Positions 28,201 through 38,079 of a DNA stretch of 64,000 nucleotides are shown piece after piece. Source of the DNA: Calditrichales bacterium (GTDB taxonomy: Bacteria; Calditrichota; Calditrichia; Calditrichales; J004); contig OZ254086.1 in assembly GCA_965267575.1 (NCBI GenBank), positions 576,001-640,000 of the forward strand, given 5' to 3'. Under the pieces are notes generated by a model. The model searched no databases and was not told where the DNA came from. It saw only the letters and a program-made list of their open reading frames with translations. Within the stretch, counting starts at the first letter, position 1. The number at the start of each line of letters is the position of its first letter. The translations under genes were made by a program, and so were the position numbers.

Positions 28201-30576
28201 GACATTCACATTTTCTTCTTCAACGCTTTTGCGAAGCAATTCGTAGGCATCGCGCAGGTCTGCGGACAACTCATCCGGCAACGGCAAATCACTCTGCCCG
28301 AAAAGCTCGGCAATGTCTTCAATGGAGGCGGCCAGCCTTGAAATATTGGAAAGGTTAAGAAGGTGTGCACCGGAACGAATGGAGTGGCAGGCGTTTTCAA
28401 TTTTTTCCAGCTCAAAGCGATCGCCGTTTTCGGCAAAAGCATCTATACTTTGCTGAAACGTTTCCAGGTGCTCCGTAGCTTCCTGGCGGAACAGGGCACG
28501 ATCGTCTTCTTCTTCACTTATCGTTTCTTCTTTTTCTTCAGCACTTTCCGCTACAAGCTCTTCCCCGGCTTCTTCTGCCGCTTCGCTCTCCTGAGCTTCT
28601 TCTTCAACAGGCTCAGCCGCCTGTTCAGCGGGTTGCCCGGCATCGCCAATCACCTCGCTCAGCACCTCAACGATGTCATCACCATTACCGGTGGCGCCCT
28701 GGTAACTGATACGATCGCATAATAGTTTGAAAGAACTGACAAACTCGGCAGCAATCTCCTGGTCAAAGGGCGACTGCGCCGCACGATGGAGGTTTTCGCT
28801 AAAGAAAGCCAGCGCATTCCCGTAACCCGTATAGCCCATGGAAGTGAGATTTGTCTCTATGTGCAGCACAATGTCAAGCGCCTCGTCGGTTGCCTCGCCG
28901 CGGAAACCTTCCTGCAAAGCGTTTTCGTTTTTCTGCAGCAGCCTGCGGATACTTTCATGCAGGGCCTTGCGCGCCTCTTCCGCTTCAAAGCCGTAGCCGG
29001 CGTCATCCAGCACACGCTGTATCAAAGCGGAAATACTGTCCTTCAGACCGTCTTCCAGAACCGCCGGATAACCGTCGGCCAGCTTTTGCCAGATTTCATT
29101 GATCTCGCTTTCGTAAATTTGCGGCTCCTCAGTATCGGCCAACACCTCGGCCAGGCGGCGCATGGGCACCGTAAAATGTGAAATAAGCTGCTCATCAAAA
29201 AAGATGCTGTTGCTGTCCAGCACATCCAGCCAGGAAGCCAGGTCGCGTTGTTGCGGATTTCGTGCTATATCAGCCAGAAAACCACCCAGCACTTCGTCAA
29301 AAGATTCATCTCCGGCAGCGAACAGCTCTTCCTGCGATTCTGCTTCCCGCTGCTCTTCAGCTGCTTCTTCAACAGCTTCTGCGGCATGCTCCTCAGCTTC
29401 TTCTTCCATGGTCTGTTCTTCGGGCACTGTCGCCTCTGCCGTTTCCGGCAGCGCCTCGCCGGGGCCGCTCATGGATTCGGCGAAAGAGCTTATTTTTAGC
29501 TTCAGCCGTTCAAGGCTTTCCTGGGTACTGTTTTCCTTGGAAAAATTCTCGGTATGACGGATCTCATCAAAGATGGAGCGCAACTGTCCCAGCGCGCTTT
29601 CATTCAAAACAGCGCCATCATCCACTTTTTCGCGGGCGGCATTGGCCAGGTGATGGGCAACAAGCTCAAGTCCGGTATATCCGTGGATCATACTCACTTC
29701 TTTCAGGTTCTTGAAAAAGCCCACAAGCTGCTTAAGCTGATCCTCACGGTTCAGGTCGCTCAGCGGGCGATCCAGAAAACGGCCCACGTCGGCCAGCCAC
29801 TCATCCACTTCAGACTGAAAGTATTCCTGCAAAAGCGAATCGATGCTGGTTTTGGATTTTTCGGTTTTTTCAGCTTTAGCCGGCGCCAGAGACGCGCTAT
29901 CCCGGGCAGCTTTTATCAGCTCCGGCTCCTGTTTGTTAAGATCGCTAATCTGGCCGCGCAGCTTTTTAAGCTGTTCATCAAGTTTGTCGTACTGCGATGC
30001 ATGGGGCTGACCGTTTACCGTGATATGCGAGGCGTTTTCCACCAGCGGCTTAAAACGCTCGTCCACCTTTTGCGCGCCCTTACCCTGCGCCTGGTCAAGA
30101 ATAATACCAACCAGCTTTTTATCCTGGTCATTTTCAAAGTGCTTATCGATCGACTTTTCCAGTTCCTGGCGGTAAAAGTCGTTGAACGAGATTTCCTCTG
30201 CTTCTTCCGCGGCAACACCCACAACGCGGCGAATGGCCTGCAGGTTAGGCTCTTCTTCAAGCAGCAATACATAGAGATCAACAAAATCATTGGCAAGCTC
30301 AGGCAGCGAATTGTAAACAACTTTCAGACCGTAATCGTTGGCCCGCTCTATCAGGTCGAAAAGGAAAATGGCCAGGTCATTGGTGTTCTGCTCGCGGGCC
30401 AGGCCTTCCAGCCCTTCCACAATGCTATCGTAATTGATCAGCTTGCTGGCCAGCTTATCCATCAGCTCATATTTTTCCTGATCCGTGCGGCCCTTCAGTT
30501 TTTCCAGTGCCAGGCCAAACAGCTCAATCATGTAAAAAATATTGAAGCTTAGCGCTTTCTCTTTCGGAATATTCAT
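25258..30576 (-). CDS. cheA: Hybrid chemosensory kinase, ChpA/CheA-like (multiple Hpt, dimerisation, HATPase_c, CheW, REC)
   Basis: Hpt motifs ACHSIRSGA, AAHSLKSAS, RTHTLKGSA; LRINTEYMDKLVD; HIIRNAIDHGLE, DDGCGID, IFYPGFST, SGRGIGLD, GTTFSLRVPLTL; C-terminal REC (IVDDS, TDLEMPKMHG, KPF). Confidence 0.93.
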   Translation of the reverse strand: MNIPKEKALSFNIFYMIELFGLALEKLKGRTDQEKYELMDKLASKLINYDSIVEGLEGLAREQNTNDLAIFLFDLIERANDYGLKVVYNSLPELANDFVDLYVLLLEEEPNLQAIRRVVGVAAEEAEEISFNDFYRQELEKSIDKHFENDQDKKLVGIILDQAQGKGAQKVDERFKPLVENASHITVNGQPHASQYDKLDEQLKKLRGQISDLNKQEPELIKAARDSASLAPAKAEKTEKSKTSIDSLLQEYFQSEVDEWLADVGRFLDRPLSDLNREDQLKQLVGFFKNLKEVSMIHGYTGLELVAHHLANAAREKVDDGAVLNESALGQLRSIFDEIRHTENFSKENSTQESLERLKLKISSFAESMSGPGEALPETAEATVPEEQTMEEEAEEHAAEAVEEAAEEQREAESQEELFAAGDESFDEVLGGFLADIARNPQQRDLASWLDVLDSNSIFFDEQLISHFTVPMRRLAEVLADTEEPQIYESEINEIWQKLADGYPAVLEDGLKDSISALIQRVLDDAGYGFEAEEARKALHESIRRLLQKNENALQEGFRGEATDEALDIVLHIETNLTSMGYTGYGNALAFFSENLHRAAQSPFDQEIAAEFVSSFKLLCDRISYQGATGNGDDIVEVLSEVIGDAGQPAEQAAEPVEEEAQESEAAEEAGEELVAESAEEKEETISEEEDDRALFRQEATEHLETFQQSIDAFAENGDRFELEKIENACHSIRSGAHLLNLSNISRLAASIEDIAELFGQSDLPLPDELSADLRDAYELLRKSVEEENVNVQDMVERMDAWLDKAMLEETAKSAEADKPFEIAREGREKAGEKQARPEEKPLFAGEEEDEELLEIFREESANFITTLQEANRVLLDDSSNDEAIKNLSHAAHSLKSASKMLGFTDVTQIADKLEILGEGLETKSLLFSGDVHDAVADALDVLQQLSTGQEIDSEQIAQIAQSLDPGSLSVQPQKQPEAAAAPEEEELPENMLEIFVDEAKELLSGLDKDYLELEKMPESEMLLANILRRTHTLKGSAYISKFSRLGDLAHKLEDYLQLFKQSESSRKNEMLDPVFSALDLMSDMVDSIAAGDGEEVDNYTARLAEIDNKMFLYQDMGEATQEVAESSAATSAPRPTKQRRSDDENILRINTEYMDKLVDMASELMINQSQLGNHLQALKEMLSEIEGEKKQIRGADSAIEDALEYSLRKTIEEAEKPGREQDVKKLSQNIRDVVRTVDLIHSDLNKITESFEQNISRIGSLSKILHNDILKTRMVPVENLFNRYPRAVRDMSKEQKKKVNLIIEDNNTEMDRAMVEGLSEPILHIIRNAIDHGLELPEERKKNKKSETGTLVLKAHQDKNQIVINIEDDGCGIDIDSVKQKAIEQNLADPQEIDNLSEAEILDFIFYPGFSTREEASNVSGRGIGLDAVANQLQKLKGNIRVKTEKNVGTTFSLRVPLTLVISQALMVKVNFQTIAIPVIAVQESVQYKSAEIVEDGGKKYIRVRGRLLPFVFLGDLLRFGEDTPQAEFEERMAIVIYDAGVSMALGVDEIIGRREIVIKSLGSHLQNVDYVAGGTIMANGEVALILDYALVIRTIEKHFFGKVAERLSSRKSSVAPVAPAPEKEKPAKEKKAGRGEAAAGKREISDRKPAILIVDDSNSVRNFVGSILERNGFTTIKSTNGEEALKKISEETVDLVITDLEMPKMHGFELIGSIRSQEKYKNLPIIILTGRAGMKHRQAGTDLGANDFLVKPFKEKDLLNAITEFIETGR

Positions 30577-30583
30577 TTAAACC

Positions 30584-32377
30584 TCACTCCGCCAGGCGGA
30601 ACTTCTCCACCGCCTGGTTTAGTTTTGTCGAAAGGTCATCCAGTTTGGAGGCAGATTCTCTTGATTGCTGCGCTCCTTCGGCCGTTTCTTTGGCGATGCC
30701 GGCAATATGCTCCAGCGATGCCACGATATCTTTACTGAATTTGGTTTGTTCTTCGGTAGCCTTGGAAATATCCAGGGTAGATTTGGCGGAGATTTCAACG
30801 GTACCCAGGATCTCCTTAAGCGCGCTTCCGGCACTGTCTACCAGCTTGGCGCCGTCGGATACTTCGCGTTCGCCGTTTTCGATGGCGTTCAGGGTTTGGG
30901 TCGTTCCGCTCTGGATATCATCAATGAGTTCAGAAATCTGGTCGGCCGCGCGGCTGGATCGTTCTGCAAGGTTACGTATCTCATCGGCTACAACGGTAAA
31001 ACCGCGCCCCGCCTCGCCGGCCCGTGCCGCCTCGATCGAAGCATTAAGCGCCAGCAAATTGGTACGGCTGGCGATCTCGCTGATAAAATCAGTAATCTCC
31101 CCGATACGCACGGAGTTGTCTGTAAGCAGTTTCATCTGCCGCGACACTTCACGCACCGAGTCGCGAATCTTTTGCATACCGTCGGTGGAGCGCTTGACGA
31201 TTTCGCCGCCTTTTTCGGCCAGTTCCCGCGCACGCTGCGCCGCTTCGGAAGCCATCTGCGCGTTCTTGTTTGTGTTGTTGATCAATTCAGCCATTTCCTT
31301 GGCCAAACCGCTGATATTTTCCGTCTGCGAAGCCTGAGATTCCGCGCCAACGGCCATGGCATCCGTGTTTTTGAGAATGCCCTGCGTGGAGGAGGCCACT
31401 TCTTCGGCCGCCTTTTTAACATCTTTGATCAGCTCACTCAAATCGCTGACCATCAGGTTGAAGGAGTCAGATAATGCGCCCAGGGCGTCGGCGGTAACTT
31501 CAGCCTTTTGGGTAAAATCGCCGTCGGCAGCCGAGCTTACAATGCGCAGCAATTCCTGGATCTGGTGCTGTATCTTCTCGCGCTCTTCCTCGGACTCGCG
31601 GTTGTCACGCATGCTGCTTGCCAGTTCTTTTAGCGCCGGGTGCAGCTCATCCACATAGCCTTCCTGCGCCGATGGCACAACCTGGTCGCCTTTTTTAAGC
31701 CGGGACAAATTTTCTTTAACATGATCCAGGCCGCCCGTCAGCTTATTAAATTCAATTACCAGAACCAGGATAGATAAGGCCACAAAAGACATCAGGATTA
31801 TGATTGGCAGGGTGGCGACATCGAGAATACTGTCTGCAGCCGGTTGCCGTGGCACGCCGATTACCACAAGAGCTTCGGCTTCATTACGCTTATCCAGCAC
31901 CGGGGCAACGGCAAAAAAACTGACGTCTTCCTCATTTTCGCCGGTCATTGTTTTGGAAAATACCTTTTTCTGATTCAGGGCATCGTTCATCTCCTGCCAC
32001 AAATCATAAGATTCACCAATGACATTTTCTTCTTTATTGGTAACGATTTTTTCGGTCAGATTGCCTTTTCGTCTGAGTACCTGAATTTCAAGATCATCAC
32101 GATCCAGCACTTCGCTCACAGCGTCAATCTGGCTTTTTACTTTATTGTACCACACAGATTGATAATCTTCCGCACCTTTGATCAGCGCCAGCGCTTCAGC
32201 GTCAACCAGCTTGGCGGTGGTCTGAGCCGTTTGTTCCAGGCCGTGCAGCTGCGTGTGCGTATCCCTGTTCTGCAAGGTTTCCCTTTCCAGGTACGCCCAG
32301 ATCGCGATGAGTATCAGCGATGCCGGCAGCATATATTTCAGATAGGTCGTGAAGATTTTTATGCTTGTCTTGCCCAT
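30584..32377 (-). CDS. Methyl-accepting chemotaxis protein, PilJ-like
   Basis: Two TM segments; [29 protein letters not shown]; hairpin [40 protein letters not shown]; no C-terminal pentapeptide. Confidence 0.93.
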   Translation of the reverse strand: MGKTSIKIFTTYLKYMLPASLILIAIWAYLERETLQNRDTHTQLHGLEQTAQTTAKLVDAEALALIKGAEDYQSVWYNKVKSQIDAVSEVLDRDDLEIQVLRRKGNLTEKIVTNKEENVIGESYDLWQEMNDALNQKKVFSKTMTGENEEDVSFFAVAPVLDKRNEAEALVVIGVPRQPAADSILDVATLPIIILMSFVALSILVLVIEFNKLTGGLDHVKENLSRLKKGDQVVPSAQEGYVDELHPALKELASSMRDNRESEEEREKIQHQIQELLRIVSSAADGDFTQKAEVTADALGALSDSFNLMVSDLSELIKDVKKAAEEVASSTQGILKNTDAMAVGAESQASQTENISGLAKEMAELINNTNKNAQMASEAAQRARELAEKGGEIVKRSTDGMQKIRDSVREVSRQMKLLTDNSVRIGEITDFISEIASRTNLLALNASIEAARAGEAGRGFTVVADEIRNLAERSSRAADQISELIDDIQSGTTQTLNAIENGEREVSDGAKLVDSAGSALKEILGTVEISAKSTLDISKATEEQTKFSKDIVASLEHIAGIAKETAEGAQQSRESASKLDDLSTKLNQAVEKFRLAE

Positions 32378-32389
32378 TATATCCCCGTT

Positions 32390-32857
32390 CTAGCTGTATG
32401 CGCCAATTTCACGGTTATCCAAAAGCGTCTCCAAATCCAGAAGGTAAACCTCACCCAGCGTTTTATGCTCAAAATAGCCGTTGCTGTAATTAACCAGCTC
32501 CTTTTTCATATCGCGTGTGGGTACCTGAATTTTCGAGGCATCTACAGAAATAACGTCCAATACTTTCTCTACCAGCAGACCAAATGACTTCTTGTTATAC
32601 TCGATAACAACAACAAAACTGTCATGCTTTACGCCGCGGCTTTCCGACAAATGCAAAATGCCGCGCACATCGATTACAGAATGGATCTGTCCGCGCAGAT
32701 TAAAAACGCCCAGTATCGAGCCGGATACATTTGGTACACGCGTGATGCTTGGCAGCAATAAAACTTCCTGTACAAAATCCACTTCAATACCGAAATAGGT
32801 CCCGGCTATATTAACAACGGAATAGCGATATTCCTTTAATGTCGTCCGTTCTTGCAC
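32390..32857 (-). CDS. cheW: CheW adaptor protein
   Basis: FGIEV..VQEVL, ITRVPN....LGVFNLRGQI..VID, FGLLVEKV.DV. Confidence 0.93.
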   Translation of the reverse strand: MQERTTLKEYRYSVVNIAGTYFGIEVDFVQEVLLLPSITRVPNVSGSILGVFNLRGQIHSVIDVRGILHLSESRGVKHDSFVVVIEYNKKSFGLLVEKVLDVISVDASKIQVPTRDMKKELVNYSNGYFEHKTLGEVYLLDLETLLDNREIGAYS

Positions 32858-32871
32858 CGTACAGATAACCG

Positions 32872-33942
32872 CTAACTTATAAGTTTCTTGACTTTGTCAA
32901 CCAGGTCGTCGTCTTTAAATGGTTTGGGCAGAAACTCTTCGGCGCCCTCGGCCTTGGCATTTTCGATCATCTGCGGCGAGTCCTTGCCGGAAAGCATGAT
33001 AACCGGGATACCTTTGGAAGCTTTTATCGTCTTCAGGATTTCAATGCCGTTGATATCCGGCAGCATCATATCCAGGATAACAAGGTCCGGATTGAGGCGG
33101 TCTATGATATCCAGTCCCTCTTTACCGCTTACAGCCGTTTCTATCTTAAGCTCTTCTTCCTCCAGGGCGATCTCCACCATCTTGCGGATCACAAGGCTGT
33201 CATCAATAACAAGGATCTTTTTGTAGTCGCTGGTGTCAATTTCGGGCTCTTCTTCTGCAGGCGGCTCTTCTTCAGCCACCTCCGCTTCACCCGCATCCGC
33301 TTCTTCTTCGTCACCAAGGTTAAAGTTAAATTCCATTTCCTGGGAAATATCATCCTGAGCGTCGTCCTCAGGAATATTTATCTCGATTTTTTCCTCATCT
33401 TCGCCGGCAACTTCCTCTTCCACCGGTTCTTCTTCCGCCGTTTCTACCGCTTCTTCCTGTGGTTCTTCTTCGGCGGGTTCTTCCTCGCCCAGACCTTCCT
33501 CTTCCGCTTCGGCAATCAATTCGTCCAAAGCCTCTTCACCTTCATCTTCAGCGCTTTCTTCCTCCACTTCAGCGGCTGCGGTTTCCGTGGCTTCCTCTTC
33601 TTCAACTACCTCCGGCTCTTCCTCGCTCTCCGCGGCTTCTTCAGCTTCTTCTTCCACTGCTTCTTCCTGTGGCTCTTCCGCGATGGTTTCGCCTTCGTCT
33701 TCCGCCGGCGCCGTTTCCGCTTCTTCTTTGTCTTCCTCATCCGCCGGAAGAATAAGACCCTTTTCCACCAGTTTGGATACGGCCGCATTTACAGCGTCAT
33801 CATCGGCTTCGAGAACTTTACCAACCTCTTCGATCCGCGTATTTTTATTGACCATAAAAAGGACTTTCCAGGCCAGATAGGGCAACTTTACGGAACGGAT
33901 GAGTTCGTCCAGATTGTCTACTCGGTTATACTGCTTATCCAC
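32872..33942 (-). CDS. Response regulator: N-terminal wHTH-like module, Glu-rich linker, C-terminal REC
   Basis: AWKVLFMVNKNTRIEEVGKVL...VSKLVEKGLI; about 170 aa of E/A/P/D-rich sequence; ILVIDDS, LVILDMMLPDING, KPF. Confidence 0.88.
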   Translation of the reverse strand: MDKQYNRVDNLDELIRSVKLPYLAWKVLFMVNKNTRIEEVGKVLEADDDAVNAAVSKLVEKGLILPADEEDKEEAETAPAEDEGETIAEEPQEEAVEEEAEEAAESEEEPEVVEEEEATETAAAEVEEESAEDEGEEALDELIAEAEEEGLGEEEPAEEEPQEEAVETAEEEPVEEEVAGEDEEKIEINIPEDDAQDDISQEMEFNFNLGDEEEADAGEAEVAEEEPPAEEEPEIDTSDYKKILVIDDSLVIRKMVEIALEEEELKIETAVSGKEGLDIIDRLNPDLVILDMMLPDINGIEILKTIKASKGIPVIMLSGKDSPQMIENAKAEGAEEFLPKPFKDDDLVDKVKKLIS

Positions 33943-33954
33943 GCCAGAACCCTT

Positions 33955-34734
33955 TCACGCTAAATTTTTACTTTTCTCTTTTTGTAAAAGCTCTTCCGCC
34001 AGGTTTAAATAACTCACGGCACCGGGCGAATTTACGTCAAACAGAAGAGCCGGCTTTCCAACAGCCGGTGCCTCGCTTAATTTTGAATTTCTCGGTATCT
34101 GTGTTTCGAAAACCAATCCCTTGAAGCTTTTGCGCAGCTCCGTTGCGATTTCGTCGCTCTTCTTGATACGGCGATCAAACATTGTAATTAAAATACCTTC
34201 AATTTCAAGATCATTATTATACTGCTTGCCCAGGTTGCGTATCGCCTGTAAAAATTTGCCCAAGGAACGCAGCGAATAATATTCGCATTGGACCGGAATA
34301 ATCACGCTGTCGGCGCAGGCCAGTGCATTTCCGGTCAGTGTGCCCAGGTTCGGAGGACAATCAATTAATATATAATCGTACAATTCCGCGTAAGGCTTCA
34401 AAATATTGCTTAATAATCCCATGTCAAAGGCATTAGCAAACAATTCGATCTCTTCTTCGAAGCCTTTAACGTTAGAAGGCACTATTTCAAAATTTTCAAG
34501 CCCGATATCGGTTATTGCGCGGGCCAGCGGCACCTTTTTATGAAAAACATCAAAAATACCATACTTTACTTCATAAGCGTTCAAAAGAAAGGATTCCGCG
34601 ATGCTGCCCTGCGGGTCCAGGTCCACCACCAGCGTTTTTTGCTGGAATATCGTAAGACTGGCGCCCAGGTTTATTGATGTGGTTGTCTTTCCAACCCCTC
34701 CTTTTTGACTGGCTATGGCAATAATCTTACCCAT
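33955..34734 (-). CDS. ParA/Soj family ATPase (no adjacent parB)
   Basis: [10 protein letters not shown] deviant Walker [39 protein letters not shown]. Confidence 0.92.
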   Translation of the reverse strand: MGKIIAIASQKGGVGKTTTSINLGASLTIFQQKTLVVDLDPQGSIAESFLLNAYEVKYGIFDVFHKKVPLARAITDIGLENFEIVPSNVKGFEEEIELFANAFDMGLLSNILKPYAELYDYILIDCPPNLGTLTGNALACADSVIIPVQCEYYSLRSLGKFLQAIRNLGKQYNNDLEIEGILITMFDRRIKKSDEIATELRKSFKGLVFETQIPRNSKLSEAPAVGKPALLFDVNSPGAVSYLNLAEELLQKEKSKNLA

Positions 34735-36397
34735 TTACGCCAGACTGATTTGAGCCTATTGGTATTTTAAGTGCGTTGCGCCGGGCACAATCAACGGCAA
34801 TCTCATAACCGGCATCTGCGTGACGAAATACGCCAAGGGCCGGATCATTCGTTAAAACCGCGCGGATGCGTTCGTGCATCATATCACTGCCGTCGGCCAC
34901 TACAACCTGGCCGGCATGTTGCGAAAGACCCATACCAACGCCGCCGCCATGGTGAAAAGAGACCCACGATGCGCCGGATGCCACGTTGGTCATTGCGTTA
35001 AGCAACGCCCAATCACTGATTGCATCACTGCCATCTTTCATGCTTTCTGTTTCACGGTTCGGCGAGGCAACGGAACCCGTATCCAAATGATCGCGCCCGA
35101 TGGCGACCGGTGCCTTTATTTCGCCTTTCCTGACCAGCTCGTTAATGGCCAGTCCCATCTTTTCGCGTTCGCCGTAACCAAGCCAGCATATGCGCGAAGG
35201 CAGACCCTGAAAATGCACTCTTTCCCGCGCCATGGAAATCCAGCGTTTCAAAGCTCTGTTTTCAGGAAACAAATCCAGGATTAAATCATCGGTGACGGCG
35301 ATATCATTCTTGTCCCCGGATAACGCCGCCCAGCGGAAAGGACCTTTACCTTCACAAAAAAGCGGCCGGATGTAAGCCGGAACAAATCCCGGATAGGAAA
35401 AGGCATTCTGCAAACCGGCTTTCTCTGCCTGCCCGCGCAGGTTATTACCGTAGTCAAAAGCGATCACACCACGCTCTTTCATATCAACCATTGCCCGGCA
35501 ATGCACGGTCATCGCGCGGTAGGCTTCTTTTATATACTTATCAGGGTCAGATCGCCGCAGTTCCAAAGCAGCGGAAAGGGGCATTCCATTGGGTACGTAG
35601 CCGTTGAGCTCATCATGTGCGGAAGTCTGGTCGGTAACGATGTCGGGCATCAGGTTGCGCTTAACCATCTCCGGCAAAATATCGGCCGCATTACCCAGCA
35701 AACCAACGGATAAACCTTTTTTGTTTTGGACAGCTTTTCGGCAAGCGGCCATGGCCTCGTCCAGGTCAAACGCGATTTCATCCAGATACCCAAATTCCTT
35801 GCGCTTATGGATGCGTTTTTCGTCCACCTCTATGCACAATGCCACACCGTTGTTCATGGTAACAGCCAGCGGCTGGGCGCCGCCCATTCCGCCAAGCCCG
35901 GCGGTTAATACCAATTTTCCGGACAGATCGTCCCAGCCATTTTGAGCAGCAATGGCGGCAAAAGTCTCATATGTTCCCTGCAGAATACCCTGCGTGCCGA
36001 TATATATCCAGCTGCCTGCTGTCATCTGTCCATACATGATGAGGCCTTTACGTTCAAGCTCACGGAATTTTTCCCAGGTGGCCCATTGCGGCACAAGGTT
36101 GGAGTTTGCAATCAGAACGGTGGGCGAATAGGCGTGCGTTTTTATAATACCTACAGGTTTGCCGCTCTGCACCAGCAGCGTCTGGTCGTCTTCAAGTTTT
36201 TTCAGAGAGGCCACAATTGCATCAAAAGCCTGCCAGTTGCGCGCCGCCTTGCCATTGCCACCGTATACAATAAGCTCGTCCGGATTTTCAGCAACATCGG
36301 GATCAAGGTTGTTCATTAGCATACGCATGGCGGCTTCCTGCTGCCATCCTTTACAGCTCAGCTGCGCGCCTCTTGGAGACCTGATTTCTCTTACCAT
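34727..36397 (-). CDS. hutU: Urocanate hydratase
   Basis: [92 protein letters not shown]. Confidence 0.97.
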   Translation of the reverse strand: MVREIRSPRGAQLSCKGWQQEAAMRMLMNNLDPDVAENPDELIVYGGNGKAARNWQAFDAIVASLKKLEDDQTLLVQSGKPVGIIKTHAYSPTVLIANSNLVPQWATWEKFRELERKGLIMYGQMTAGSWIYIGTQGILQGTYETFAAIAAQNGWDDLSGKLVLTAGLGGMGGAQPLAVTMNNGVALCIEVDEKRIHKRKEFGYLDEIAFDLDEAMAACRKAVQNKKGLSVGLLGNAADILPEMVKRNLMPDIVTDQTSAHDELNGYVPNGMPLSAALELRRSDPDKYIKEAYRAMTVHCRAMVDMKERGVIAFDYGNNLRGQAEKAGLQNAFSYPGFVPAYIRPLFCEGKGPFRWAALSGDKNDIAVTDDLILDLFPENRALKRWISMARERVHFQGLPSRICWLGYGEREKMGLAINELVRKGEIKAPVAIGRDHLDTGSVASPNRETESMKDGSDAISDWALLNAMTNVASGASWVSFHHGGGVGMGLSQHAGQVVVADGSDMMHERIRAVLTNDPALGVFRHADAGYEIAVDCARRNALKIPIGSNQSGVNG

Positions 36398-36406
36398 TAT
36401 TAACCT

Positions 36407-37453
36407 TTATGGCAATTTTCCAAGTAAATGAGAGTTTTTTCTTAACAAAGTAAATGAAAATACAGAATATCCGCCAAACTTGCTATTTTCAATAAATGCT
36501 ATTCTTTTTTGAAATTCGCTGCTGGAAATGTTGTGCAATGAAGCACCCACCCAAATGCGGTCTTCCATATTCGTCGACCCGGCAAGCGTTAAACTTTGAT
36601 AAAATTGTTCATTATCCGGTGCGTAGTTCATCAGCACAACAAAGTCACACAAATCTTCGCTCAGCCAGCGAACCCAGTGCTGGTAAAAGCGGATCTTTGA
36701 CAGAACCGGATGGGCTTTAACGGCAATCGACAGTTTGTAATCTGGGTTCAGCGATTTTACTGACTTCCTGATCTCTGACAGGGACGCGGCTATTTCATCA
36801 TGCAAAAAACCGCGATAAAAATCTATATTAGATTGCCCCGCGATTATTTGCGGATCGTATCCATAGCGAAGCATAAACCGACTGCGCAAAGTGCCCGAGA
36901 GTGGTAATTGGAATTCCGGGTAGCGGAAGTAGTCCAAATGGAAACCGTCCACTTTGTACTTGTCGCTTATCTCTTTCATAACATTTTGTATTTCAGCAAG
37001 ATTAGCTTCATCATTAGGTTCAAGAAAAAGCCCTTCGGCCGCCCGGGCATTTAAATTCGCACGGTCCCGGACGTTGGCATACTCTGCTCTGTAAACAATA
37101 TGATTATTTTCTGAGGGATTGCCTTTGCGCCCCCACACAAAGCATACGTTAAGCCAGGCATAGACTTTAATACCGCGTTCTCTGGCTTTTTCAATAACGG
37201 CTTTAATTACCCGTTCATCATCATTTTGTGAAAGATGGTTGCTATGCGGATAGAAAACATACCCGAGTGCGCGCATTTGCAAAAAAAGCGTATTACAACC
37301 GGATCGTTCGATTATGTCTACCAATTCATCCGGGTTTTTCTCGAACACAAAATCGCGCACAACCCAGATGGCTTTGCCTTTCTGATTGTCGGCGGGAAGG
37401 AGCCCGGGTAGGAATAACAGAGAAAAAAGAATTGCCCATAATTTTGTCTTCAT
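36407..37453 (-). CDS. Glycosyl hydrolase-like 10 (GHL10/DUF187) family secreted protein
   Basis: Signal peptide from ATG 37453; KAIWV, NTLFLQMR, A.ERGIKVYAW.N, YKVDGFHLDYFRYP, Q.W..WL...D....MNY. Confidence 0.8.
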   Translation of the reverse strand: MKTKLWAILFSLLFLPGLLPADNQKGKAIWVVRDFVFEKNPDELVDIIERSGCNTLFLQMRALGYVFYPHSNHLSQNDDERVIKAVIEKARERGIKVYAWLNVCFVWGRKGNPSENNHIVYRAEYANVRDRANLNARAAEGLFLEPNDEANLAEIQNVMKEISDKYKVDGFHLDYFRYPEFQLPLSGTLRSRFMLRYGYDPQIIAGQSNIDFYRGFLHDEIAASLSEIRKSVKSLNPDYKLSIAVKAHPVLSKIRFYQHWVRWLSEDLCDFVVLMNYAPDNEQFYQSLTLAGSTNMEDRIWVGASLHNISSSEFQKRIAFIENSKFGGYSVFSFTLLRKNSHLLGKLP

Positions 37454-37484
37454 AGGCTTGCCGGTTTTAATTAAGAGCAATAAA

Positions 37485-37513
37485 AATATAGGTTTAGCAC
37501 AAACTGTATGCAA
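37485..37513 (-). promoter_or_regulatory. Candidate sigma-70 promoter for the GHL10-hutU-parA-che operon
   Basis: TTGCAT-17 nt-TATATT on the minus strand, just past the rplQ terminator and about 30 nt before ATG 37453. Confidence 0.5.
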
Positions 37514-37527
37514 GGAGCAGCATAAAC

Positions 37528-37560
37528 AAAAAAAGGGTTACCTCTAACGAGACAACCCTT
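37528..37560 (-). terminator. Intrinsic terminator closing the ribosomal protein cluster
   Basis: Minus strand AAGGGTTGTCTC-GTTA-GAGGTAACCCTT followed by a U-tract. Confidence 0.8.
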
Positions 37561-37583
37561 AAATTATCAATTCAGAAAGAAGA

Positions 37584-38054
37584 TTATTCTTCTTTTTTGC
37601 TTTCTGCTTTTTCAGCTTCAGCCGGAGCCGGCTCCTGCTCTTTGGCCTTACGGCTCTTCTTAGAAGACTGTGCCGGTTTTTCCTTAGTGGTCACACCGCT
37701 AAAATCCACAAGCTCAAGCCTGCTGATCGATGCAGCGTCGCCAGCGCGCAAGCCCAGTTTGGTGATGCGCGTATAACCGCCGTTGCGCTCGGCAATGGCC
37801 GGGGCAATTTCATCAAATAGGATTTTTACTGCTTCTTTGTTCTGGAGCAGCTTAAAAGCCAGGCGGCGATGATGAACGGAACCTTTCTTTGCGTAAGTCA
37901 AAACGCGCTCGGCAAAACGCCGCGACTCCATCGCTTTGGCATGCGTCGTCTTGATCGCCTTATGTTCGATAAGGCTTATAACCAGATTGCGCAGTAAAGC
38001 CTTTCTGTGACTCGTTGTGCGTCCTAAATGACTGCCTTTTTTATTGTGCCTCAT
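37584..38054 (-). CDS. rplQ: 50S ribosomal protein L17
   Basis: MRHNKKG.HLGRT.SHRKAL, RNGGYTRI.K. Confidence 0.97.
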   Translation of the reverse strand: MRHNKKGSHLGRTTSHRKALLRNLVISLIEHKAIKTTHAKAMESRRFAERVLTYAKKGSVHHRRLAFKLLQNKEAVKILFDEIAPAIAERNGGYTRITKLGLRAGDAASISRLELVDFSGVTTKEKPAQSSKKSRKAKEQEPAPAEAEKAESKKEE

Positions 38055-38079
38055 TTTTTATCTATCCTTTGAATTGGGC

